Under the pieces are notes generated by a model. It was given only the letters and a program-made list of their open reading frames with translations, was not told the DNA's origin and made no database searches. From NCBI GenBank assembly GCA_043755435.1, contig JAYUSZ010000181.1, positions 3,228-67,227 on the forward strand: DNA of 64,000 bases, in the 5' to 3' direction. Origin of the DNA: Bryobacterales bacterium (GTDB lineage: Bacteria; Acidobacteriota; Terriglobia; Bryobacterales; Bryobacteraceae). Positions 54,411 to 64,000 of the stretch are shown piece by piece. Position numbers and translations under genes: made by a program. The first letter of the stretch is position 1, and each line of letters opens with the position of its first letter.

Positions 54411-57400
54411 TTGCTCAAACTGAAAAAGATAGAAATCCAGGGTTTCAAATCGTTTGCAGACCGCACTGAAATGCGCTTCCATGGTTCTGGAGTTGCCGCA
54501 GTAGTTGGCCCCAACGGCTGCGGAAAGTCGAACCTTAGCGATGCCATCAGCTGGGCACTTGGCGAGCAATCCGCCAAAAGCCTGCGTGGTGCGCGCATGG
54601 AAGACGTGATTTTCGCGGGAACGCGGGATCGCAAACCTATGGGGATGGCTTCAGTCACATTGACTTTAACCGACCCCCGCATTGAACCTGCACCTCAACA
54701 AATTGAAGTGCTGGAACTTGCACCCGGGGCAGACGTTGTGGCCGCAGCTCCCACCGGCAACATCCCATCGGATAAATCGGACAAGAAACGCGATGTGGTC
54801 ATCACGCGCCGCTTGTTCCGCTCTGGCGAAAGCGAATACCTTGTGGACGGCAAAACTGCGCGTCTACGAGACATTCAAGACATCTTTATGGGTTCTGGCC
54901 TTGGACCGGAATCTTACGCAATTATTGAGCAGGGCCGCATTGGCCAGATTCTTAGCAGCCGTCCGCACGATCGCCGCGCAGTGATTGAAGAAGCAGCCGG
55001 TGTCACTCGCTTCAAAACCAAGCGCCGTTTGGCTGAGGCGAAGTTGGAAGGGGCCAAGGCGAATCTGTCGCGTGTGTTCGACATTCTGGAAGAAGTGGGC
55101 CGGCAGGTGAATTCGTTGAAGCGCCAAGCAGCCAAAGCCAAGCGTTGGGAAGAACTGAAGACCGAAATGGTTGCCCACCTCCGCCGTTTGTTGGCCGGCA
55201 AGTTCAAAACATTGGATCGCGAAGCCACCAAAGCATCATCCAGCCTGCAAACCGCCACCGCAGCACTTACGGAACTGGTTTCTGATGTCCAGGTGAAAGA
55301 GAAGGAACAGGGAACCCTTCAAGAAGAGTTCTACAAACTGGAACAGCAGCTTACTGAAAAGCGCAAACTGCTTTCTGAATATCGCGTCGAGACGGAACGC
55401 ACCAGTGGCCGTATTCAAACCCAAGCCCAGCAGATTGGCTCTATTGAGCAGCGCCTTGGGCAGGGTGAAGCGGAATCGCAATCGGTGGAAATGCGCTTGG
55501 CCCGCTTGGCGGAAGAAGCGTTACAGAATGAACAGAGCTTGCAGCAGCTGGAAACGGAAACCGAATCGGCACGCCAGCGGCTGGGACTGAAAAACGAAGA
55601 GCGTGCCCGGTTGGAACAGGATTTGCGCGGCAGAGAAGGTGCCATTGAAACGGCTCGCCGCGAAGTGCTTCGATTGCTGGGTGAATCCTCAACCTTGCGC
55701 AATCAACTGGCGCAAGTGGATGAGTATCTTGCTTCTACAGAGCGTGATCGTACTCGGGCTCAAAAGGAAGAGGAACTTTGCAGCGGCGAATTACAGCGCA
55801 TTGACGGCGCACGCAAGGAAATGAACGACCGCGTTGCGTCCCGTCAGATGGAGCTGGAATCCTTGTTGGACCGGCGTAAGGGTGTGGAATCCACACTGGG
55901 CGAACGCAAGCAGATGATGATGGAATCGCGCCGCCAGTTGGATCAATTCCGCAACGAAGTTTCCCGCTTGAAAGCGCGCAAGGATTCGCTGGCAGAGATT
56001 CTTTCACATCGAGCCTACACTACCGAATCAGTGAAGCGCTTATTCACGGCAGTAGAGCGCGGGCAGGCGCAAGAGCTGAAGCCCGCCGGTGTGCTGGCCG
56101 ATTTCGTGGAAGTGGATCCTCAGTACGAAAAAGCCGCCGAAGAATTTCTGCATGAAGAACTGGAATACGTTGTAGTTCATCATTGGAACGAAGCCGAAAA
56201 AGGGATTGACCTGATGCGTGGCGACCTCGATGGCCGCGCAACATTCCTGGTCCATCCTGAACCGGGCAGCGGGTTTGCATCAGCACCTGCGCGGGAACCG
56301 GCCATTGGTCCGGAAACGGGTTTGCAGTGCCGGTTAAGCGAAGTGTTGAAGATGACCAACGGGTTGACCAAGGCTCCGGCTGAACTGTTGCCCCGCCTTT
56401 CGCGCTGCTATTTGGCCACTGACCGCGCTTCAGCACAGCGGCTTGCTCTTCAATATCCTGACTTGTATTTCCTGCTACCTGATGGCATCTGCTATCACGG
56501 TCATGCTGTTAGCGGTGGACGCAAAACCGGCAGCGGACCTTTGGGCCTGAAGCGTGAACTTCGCGAAGTGTCGGGATTGTGGGCCAGCCGCAACCGGCAA
56601 ATGGAAGGCACAGCGACGCAGATTGAGGAACTGGAAGTTGAGATCCACCGCCTGAGTGAGGATCTGGAAGCACTTCGTCAAACCCAGCAGAAGGAAGAAA
56701 AGGAGGCGCTGGCACTGGATCATGAGACTCGTAAGTTAAGCGAGGAGCTGGCACGCACCAATCAACGGCTTTCGGTGGCTCGCCTTGAGTTGGAACGCTT
56801 GGCCCGGGAATCGGAACGCGCCTTGGCGCAGCGGGAATCAAACCACGCAGCGATTACTCAGCGGGAACAAGGCCGGCAAGCGCAGGAACTGGCATTGGAA
56901 GCGGCGCGCGCGCTACTTTCCGAATTGCAAAGTGGCGTCTCTCGTGTTGTAGAAGAGCATTCGGTGCTGCGTGTGGAATTGGCTTCGCTGGACGAACGCC
57001 GTCGTTCCGAAACACAAGTGCGCGACCGCGTGGATGGGCAACAGCGCGATGCGAATCGCCGCAAGCAAGAGCTCAGCCAGGAAATGGAACGCCTGGGCGT
57101 AAATCGTGCACGCCTGTTGGCCGACAACATTGAATTGGATGCACTGGCGCAGCGGCTGGCAGAGCAAGTTACCCAAACGCAAACCGAAGTGACCACCCTA
57201 GCAGCTGAAGACGAAAAGATGCGTGCTGGTCTGGCCGCATTGGATGAAGCGTTGAAGCAGCGGCGGTCTGGTTTGGAACAGGCGCATGAGAATAAGTCGC
57301 GCATTGAACTCGAACTGGTGCGGTTGCAATCGGACCTGAAGCATTTGGAAGAAACGGGCCGCAAGGAACTGAACTGTTCGCCTCAGGAACTAATGGAAGC

Positions 57401-58124
57401 GGAGCCAAACGAGTTGGACGAAGACGCGCTGACCGCAGCCGAGACGCAATATATGGAAGTGCGTGGGCGCATTGAAGCCTTGGGTGCCGTGAATCCACAG
57501 GCGTTGGAAGAGTACAACGAAGCACAGCAGCGTTACGACTTCCTGAACACGCAGCGGCAGGATTTGCTGGATTCCATTCGCGACACGGAAAAGGCAATTC
57601 AGGAAATCGATGTGGAATCGCGGAAACGATTCCAGGAAGCCTTTGAGCACATCAACATCAACTTCCGCGAAATGTTCAAGACGTTGTTTGGTGGTGGCAC
57701 TGGTGAAATGCGGCTGACCGACGAATCAAACGTTGGGGAAAGCGGCATTGAAATGGTGGCCTCGCCTCCCGGAAAGCGGCTGCAAAATGTGTTGTTGCTA
57801 TCGGGCGGTGAGAAATCGCTGACAGCAATGGCGCTGTTAATGGCCATCTTCAAGTACCAGCCCAGCCCGTTCTGCATTCTGGACGAAGTGGATGCGCCGC
57901 TTGATGAAGCCAACACGGCCCGCCTTGCCAAGCTGTTAAAAGAGATGGCTGGCGATACGCAGTTCATTGTAATCACACACGCCAAGCGCACCATGGAAGC
58001 GGCGCAGACGATGTATGGCGTGACCATGGAAGAGCCTGGGGTCTCGAAACTGGTGTCCGTTAAGTTCAATCCAGCGCCAATTCCAGTGGCAGAGCCGAAG
58101 GCGACGATGGCCCACGCGAATTAG
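54411..58124 (+). CDS. smc: Chromosome segregation protein SMC
   Basis: TTG start; LKLKKIEIQGFKSFADRTEMRF..VVGPNGCGKSN (Walker A); long coiled coils with a central hinge; C-terminal LSGGEKSLTAMALLMAIF and ILDEVDAPLD. Confidence 0.95.
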   Translation: MLKLKKIEIQGFKSFADRTEMRFHGSGVAAVVGPNGCGKSNLSDAISWALGEQSAKSLRGARMEDVIFAGTRDRKPMGMASVTLTLTDPRIEPAPQQIEVLELAPGADVVAAAPTGNIPSDKSDKKRDVVITRRLFRSGESEYLVDGKTARLRDIQDIFMGSGLGPESYAIIEQGRIGQILSSRPHDRRAVIEEAAGVTRFKTKRRLAEAKLEGAKANLSRVFDILEEVGRQVNSLKRQAAKAKRWEELKTEMVAHLRRLLAGKFKTLDREATKASSSLQTATAALTELVSDVQVKEKEQGTLQEEFYKLEQQLTEKRKLLSEYRVETERTSGRIQTQAQQIGSIEQRLGQGEAESQSVEMRLARLAEEALQNEQSLQQLETETESARQRLGLKNEERARLEQDLRGREGAIETARREVLRLLGESSTLRNQLAQVDEYLASTERDRTRAQKEEELCSGELQRIDGARKEMNDRVASRQMELESLLDRRKGVESTLGERKQMMMESRRQLDQFRNEVSRLKARKDSLAEILSHRAYTTESVKRLFTAVERGQAQELKPAGVLADFVEVDPQYEKAAEEFLHEELEYVVVHHWNEAEKGIDLMRGDLDGRATFLVHPEPGSGFASAPAREPAIGPETGLQCRLSEVLKMTNGLTKAPAELLPRLSRCYLATDRASAQRLALQYPDLYFLLPDGICYHGHAVSGGRKTGSGPLGLKRELREVSGLWASRNRQMEGTATQIEELEVEIHRLSEDLEALRQTQQKEEKEALALDHETRKLSEELARTNQRLSVARLELERLARESERALAQRESNHAAITQREQGRQAQELALEAARALLSELQSGVSRVVEEHSVLRVELASLDERRRSETQVRDRVDGQQRDANRRKQELSQEMERLGVNRARLLADNIELDALAQRLAEQVTQTQTEVTTLAAEDEKMRAGLAALDEALKQRRSGLEQAHENKSRIELELVRLQSDLKHLEETGRKELNCSPQELMEAEPNELDEDALTAAETQYMEVRGRIEALGAVNPQALEEYNEAQQRYDFLNTQRQDLLDSIRDTEKAIQEIDVESRKRFQEAFEHININFREMFKTLFGGGTGEMRLTDESNVGESGIEMVASPPGKRLQNVLLLSGGEKSLTAMALLMAIFKYQPSPFCILDEVDAPLDEANTARLAKLLKEMAGDTQFIVITHAKRTMEAAQTMYGVTMEEPGVSKLVSVKFNPAPIPVAEPKATMAHAN

Positions 58125-58182
58125 ATTTTAGTCGACTTTTGAGTTTGCGGAGGGATCGAGACGGGTCCACTTCGCGCGAACC

Positions 58183-58222
58183 CCTCACGGTCCTCCCCTC
58201 CAGAGCACCGTGAGGTTTTTTT
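58183..58222 (+). terminator. Rho-independent terminator after smc
   Basis: CCTCACGGT (58183-58191) / ACCGTGAGG (58207-58215) followed by seven T. Confidence 0.75.
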
Positions 58223-58273
58223 ATATAACCAGACGGAAAGTACTTAGTCGCGAATCGAGGACAATTCTACAGC

Positions 58274-58715
58274 GTGGATGGAAAACATCCGGTTCCCGCG
58301 CCGCTGGAACCTTCAGCCGGATTCCGGTTTTCTCCTGACGGGAAATGGCTGGCATTGCACGTCCAAGGGAATGACGGTTACGTGGTCTTTGTACAAAGCT
58401 TCCCCGATGCCGCCAATCGGTTGCAGGTTTCAACCGCTGGAGGAAGTTATCCATCGTGGGCGCGGCGATGGGAAAGAGATTTACTACCGGTCAACCAATG
58501 GAATGCTGACGGCCTTGACTGTAACTCCTCGTGACAACACGCTTTTGTTCGGCCCACCTGAGCCTCTTTTCCTTGTCAGAGGGGAATTGACAACCGCTCC
58601 CTTTACCGCCGCACCGGATGGCCAGAAGTTTCTGGTGCGAGTTCCATTGTTGAATGGAAGAGGCTCAGACGAAATTACCGTGCTAACCGATTGGCGCGCG
58701 GGATTGAAGCAATGA
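58274..58715 (+). pseudogene. Truncated, frameshifted remnant of a PD40/TolB-like beta-propeller protein
   Basis: One frame reads FSPDGKWLALHVQGNDGYVVFVQSFPDAANRLQVSTAGGSYPSWARR. The next frame continues GDGKEIYYRSTNGMLTALTV...APDGQKFLVRV...ITVLTDWRAGLKQ. There is no N-terminal part and no credible start. Confidence 0.6.
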
Positions 58716-59295
58716 ATCCTGCGCTAGCTTGACAAACCCAAAGACGCAACCTATAAACTAGTGGGCTCTGCGCCAGAGGAGCTGATTTTTGTGATTGAGC
58801 TTACGGGTGACTTTAAGAAGTTTTGTGGGAACGTGGCCAGTTGTTTGGTATGAGTCGCTCCGATTGCTATTTTCATGTCTGTAATTTAACAGTTGGGTTG
58901 GCGGGGGAAGGTTTGGAAATAGGACAATGTGTTTTGAATGAAAGAGTTATAGGATCTTTTTGTGGTGTGAATCGAGTTTTTGGGGTCTTGGACTACATGC
59001 CGGTTTATCCCGGCGCGTGGACGTGATTCCCAGGCCTGAAGCGCCAGAACGCAGAAAGAATTTATCAACCAACCCAAAAACGGCTGTTAGAAGCCATAAT
59101 CGTGAAATCCAGCTTCTATTGGCGACTGCACTCCTTTACGGTCGCGCCTTTGTAGATTCATGCACTTACAGAGGCGGCCGTAAGGAAGTGACATACCAGC
59201 AGTAGTAGTGGGCATTCACCATGCAGGTGAAGACGCGTTGAAGTCTGTGAGGGTGGGTTATGCTGACAAATAATTGAGTCCGCTTTCAGCAGTGC

Positions 59296-60549
59296 TTATT
59301 CGTAGCGCAGTGCTTCCACTGGGTCCAGTTGAGCGGCTTTGTAGGCAGGCCAAACTCCAAAGAACAACCCCACTGCAACGGAAACAGCAAAGCCCAATAC
59401 CAATGCGAAGGGGGGCACTTCTGACGGAAGCGAGGTTACTAACTTACCAATCAACAGAGTAATGGCCACAGCGATAATAATCCCCAGTACACCACCCAGT
59501 CCGGTTAACGTAACGGCCTCCATCAGAAACTGGAAGATGATGTCCGTTTTCCTTGCCCCTAATGCTTTCCGCACGCCGATTTCCCGAGTGCGTTCCGTCA
59601 CGCTAACCAGCATGATGTTCATCACGCCGATGCCGCCGACTAACAATCCCAGTCCTGAAAGCGCAGTTGAGACAAGCACAATCATCGCCGTCAAGCTGTT
59701 GAAGCGCGCCACAATTTGATCGGGCGTGGAGATCACAAAATCATCGGGATTCGCCGTTTCCACTTTCCGTGCCCGGCGCATCACTGCTTTCACTTCTTCA
59801 AACGCATCTTCTTTCTGCCCCTGTCGCGCCTTGGCTGTTATTTGGAATCGATCAATCATCCCCGGGTAACGCATCCGCGCCGTCTGTAAGGGAATGGTCA
59901 CCATTCGATCCAAGCCGTTCTCGCCGAAAAACCCGCCTTTGGCTTCTTCGGTAACTCCGATCACAACGAAATCCGCACCGGAAACATTCAAAGTTAGCCC
60001 AACCGGATTCACCCCTGGGAAAAGTGCCTCGGACAGTTTGGGACCAATTACACCGACGCGCGCTCCGCGAGTATCTTCCTCTTGTGTAAACACACGGCCC
60101 CATTTCAAATTCTTGGGTTGCGTCAACCAGCCCGACGCCGAAAGCCCCATCATAGAAACGGAGTCTGATTCATAACCGGGGACCTTGGCGATCATTGCCT
60201 GCCGCCCAATAATCGGCGGAATAAACATACTTACTGATGTTTCCTCAATCGATGGCGCCAGCCGCTTGATCATCTCCGCATACTCCGGCTTCATGGGCCG
60301 CCGCTTTGCTTCCTTAGGATTGGGACGCCCGTTAGGATCGCCGTTGAAGGTGCTCAAGAATATGTTGTTTGTTCCAAATTCCTCGAAGAAAGTAACTACG
60401 CCTTTGCGCAGCCCAGTAAGTAAGCTTGATACTGTAACCACCGTTGTAATTCCAATTACAATGCCCAGGATTGTCAGCATGGAGCGGAAGCGGTTTGTCC
60501 ACACTGCAATCAGTGCAATTCGTACGTTTTCTTGAATAGGGATTCTCAT
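59296..60549 (-). CDS. ABC transporter permease (MacB/FtsX family)
   Basis: N-terminal TM, large periplasmic domain and a C-terminal FtsX module (MIVLVSTALSGLGLLVGGIGVMNIMLVSVTERTREIGVRKALGA). Confidence 0.85.
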   Translation of the reverse strand: MRIPIQENVRIALIAVWTNRFRSMLTILGIVIGITTVVTVSSLLTGLRKGVVTFFEEFGTNNIFLSTFNGDPNGRPNPKEAKRRPMKPEYAEMIKRLAPSIEETSVSMFIPPIIGRQAMIAKVPGYESDSVSMMGLSASGWLTQPKNLKWGRVFTQEEDTRGARVGVIGPKLSEALFPGVNPVGLTLNVSGADFVVIGVTEEAKGGFFGENGLDRMVTIPLQTARMRYPGMIDRFQITAKARQGQKEDAFEEVKAVMRRARKVETANPDDFVISTPDQIVARFNSLTAMIVLVSTALSGLGLLVGGIGVMNIMLVSVTERTREIGVRKALGARKTDIIFQFLMEAVTLTGLGGVLGIIIAVAITLLIGKLVTSLPSEVPPFALVLGFAVSVAVGLFFGVWPAYKAAQLDPVEALRYE

Positions 60550-61796
60550 TCGGACTGCAAAGCCTCCACCGGATTCAACTTCGCTGCCCTACTGGCCGGA
60601 TACCACCCTGACACCATGCCTACCACTGAGGAAACAACGATTGCCAAGACAACGTAGATCACTGAAACTCCCAATTTCACGCCTAGCGCAAACGACAAGG
60701 CGTAGGCCGTCGCGGCCCCTAATCCAAGCCCCATTAAGCCACCCATGGCCGACATCATTACGGACTCAATCAGAAACTGCAGCATGATGTCACCGCGGCG
60801 TGCGCCTAGCGCCTTCCGTAACCCAATTTCCCTGGTTCGTTCCGTGACACTTACTAACATGATGTTCATCACTACAATGCCGCCCACCACTAGTGAGATA
60901 GCTATAACTGGAATCACAATCGCCTTTACTAATCCGAGGATCGAATCCACAAAGGCGCGAATAGCGTCCGGGGTCAATGTATCGAAAGGATCATCGGCGT
61001 TTGGTTTAGCCTTGAATCGCGTACGCAGCGCAACTCGTGACAGGTCCAACGATTCTGCCAAGCTCAATCCAGACTTCGCCTTCGGTCTGGCAAAAATGGA
61101 CAGGCTTTTCGGCGGCCCATAAATCCGATTGAATACCGGTGCAGGGATGTAAACAGAATTATCCTGAGAGCGCCCATCGGCAGACCCCAGCTTTTCCTGG
61201 ACTCCAACCACCGTGAAGACGAATCCGCGCATGGTGAACATTTGCCCCACTGGAACCACCGAAGGAAAAAGCTCAGCTACAACGTCCTGGCCAATCACTG
61301 CTACCTGCTGCCGGGCCTGCTCTTCCTGTTCGGTAAAGAAGCGTCCTTCCACCACCACCAAATCGCGAATTTCAGCAATGTTCGCTGCCACTCCAAGGAC
61401 GCTGGCCGCTTCCATGGTTTGATTGCCGTGCTTCACGTCGTCTGGTTGATTGCGGTAAGGGCTGTATAGGACCTCATCGCCTGTTGCGGTAATAAGATAG
61501 TCTAAGTCTTCATTGCGAAGTTGACGGTTCTTTCGTAGTTTATCCGCGCGCTCCTTGCGAGTCATGCGGCCTACATTTGTAATTTGCGCCACTAAATAGG
61601 TTTCGCTGCCGAAAGCTTTCGACGTGCTTTCCTCAGCATAATTTCCCAACCCGTCAATAGCAGTTCCAACCAGAACAACAGAGGCAACGCCGATAATTAC
61701 GCCGAGCAGCGTAAGGAAGCTCCGCAACTTATGCGCAACTAAGGAGGAGACCGCAAGAGCGGATGCGGTGAACAATCGATACCGAATAGAATTCAA
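60546..61796 (-). CDS. ABC transporter permease (MacB/FtsX family)
   Basis: Same architecture as the downstream paralogue (VVGGIVVMNIMLVSVTERTREIGLRKALGA). ATGA overlap with it. Confidence 0.85.
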   Translation of the reverse strand: MNSIRYRLFTASALAVSSLVAHKLRSFLTLLGVIIGVASVVLVGTAIDGLGNYAEESTSKAFGSETYLVAQITNVGRMTRKERADKLRKNRQLRNEDLDYLITATGDEVLYSPYRNQPDDVKHGNQTMEAASVLGVAANIAEIRDLVVVEGRFFTEQEEQARQQVAVIGQDVVAELFPSVVPVGQMFTMRGFVFTVVGVQEKLGSADGRSQDNSVYIPAPVFNRIYGPPKSLSIFARPKAKSGLSLAESLDLSRVALRTRFKAKPNADDPFDTLTPDAIRAFVDSILGLVKAIVIPVIAISLVVGGIVVMNIMLVSVTERTREIGLRKALGARRGDIMLQFLIESVMMSAMGGLMGLGLGAATAYALSFALGVKLGVSVIYVVLAIVVSSVVGMVSGWYPASRAAKLNPVEALQSE

Positions 61797-61946
61797 GGGA
61801 GCCTTATTCCAGAATAAACCTTATTCAGAATCCAGATGCAAACATCTGCGGGTTCGATCTATTTTCAGCGCCCTTTGGAAGGCGAATTCATTAACAAATA
61901 TTAATAAACTGTAAAACACATGTAAACAACAACTTAAAAGAAACTC

Positions 61947-61976
61947 TTGTCACTCCTCCCCAGAGTGTGCTAATAA
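61947..61976 (+). promoter_or_regulatory. Candidate groESL promoter overlapping a degenerate CIRCE-like inverted repeat
   Basis: TTGTCACTC-N9-GTGTGCTAA versus the CIRCE consensus TTAGCACTC-N9-GAGTGCTAA (3 mismatches). TTGTCA (61947-61952) and TAATAA (61971-61976) are spaced 18 nt apart as possible -35/-10 boxes, about 90 nt upstream of groES. Confidence 0.35.
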
Positions 61977-62065
61977 TATACCCAAGAGACGTTGCGCGCC
62001 TAGTCGCGCTTTGACTCTGAAGATTGTCCACGAGTTCCTCAATCACCCTTGGAGGTTTAACAGGT

Positions 62066-62374
62066 ATGAATATCCGTCCGTTACACGACCGTATTGTGGT
62101 CAAGCGCCTTGATGATCAGGCAGAACAGGTTCTGAACGGGATTATTATCCCCGACAGTGCGAAAGAAAAGCCGCAGGAAGCGGAAGTGGTTGCCGTCGGC
62201 AAGGGCAAGCGCTCCGATGATGGCAAATTGATCCCGCTCGACGTAGAAGTCGGCGACAAGATCCTATTCGGTAAGTACTCCGGCAGCGACATTAAGGTCG
62301 ACGGCCAGGAATACTTGATCATGCGCGAAGACGAAGTTCTCGCTGTGATCGAACCAACAAAGAAGAAGAAGTAG
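62066..62374 (+). CDS. groES: Co-chaperonin GroES
   Basis: [16 protein letters not shown]...[28 protein letters not shown] at 62051-55. The track start at 62024 is an upstream extension. Confidence 0.95.
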   Translation: MNIRPLHDRIVVKRLDDQAEQVLNGIIIPDSAKEKPQEAEVVAVGKGKRSDDGKLIPLDVEVGDKILFGKYSGSDIKVDGQEYLIMREDEVLAVIEPTKKKK

Positions 62375-62378
62375 TTAG

Positions 62379-64000
<1,622 letters not shown>

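Noticed and set aside
54864-58069. Numerous 80-170-aa ORFs on the minus strand and in alternative plus frames
   Set aside because: All lie inside smc. Coiled-coil-encoding, GC-rich, repetitive codon usage generates long shadow frames.
61850-61859. GGGTTCGATC, resembling a tRNA T-arm
   Set aside because: No acceptor stem, D-arm or anticodon stem can be drawn in the surrounding 90 nt on either strand.

Overview
This 64 kb chromosomal segment looks acidobacterial: it has four CarboxypepD_reg-type TonB-dependent receptors, a GWxTD-tailed BlaR1/BlaI pair, PadR, a planctomycete-type cytochrome c/FGE fusion and several Tat-signal oxidoreductases. The housekeeping anchors are dnaE (37212-40682), smc (54411-58124) and groES-groEL (62066-62374 and 62406->64000). 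groEL is missing from the supplied ORF track because it runs off the window. I call about 45 protein genes, 2 pseudogene remnants, 4 hairpin terminators and several short tandem repeats. I saw no rRNA, tRNA, CRISPR array, transposase or integrase. Three loci deserve attention. (1) An almost gap-free eight-gene minus-strand cluster (24959-15506) is built around a LodA/LodB-type cysteine-tryptophylquinone oxidase pair. Twelve nt upstream of the oxidase lies a 75-aa ORF that is ~39% lysine, made of VVAKGTPGGKAKK repeats whose copies differ only by synonymous changes. ATGA-coupled glycosyltransferase and deacetylase-like genes and a dihaem-c/PQQ dehydrogenase follow. This may be a peptidyl-lysine oxidation/cross-linking or envelope-modification system. 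(2) A NACHT-pentapeptide-repeat STAND NTPase (11645-14038) has a detached or frameshifted N-terminal ORF. It sits between an intact SRPBCC-domain gene and a decayed copy of that gene's 3' part, so it looks like an inserted defence-like cassette. (3) A 908-aa BBE-type flavoprotein oxidase (31221-33947) is made of two tandem PCMH FAD-binding modules, and the first has lost the FAD motifs. All functional calls come from reading the translations and from remembered family motifs; none was verified by a database search.
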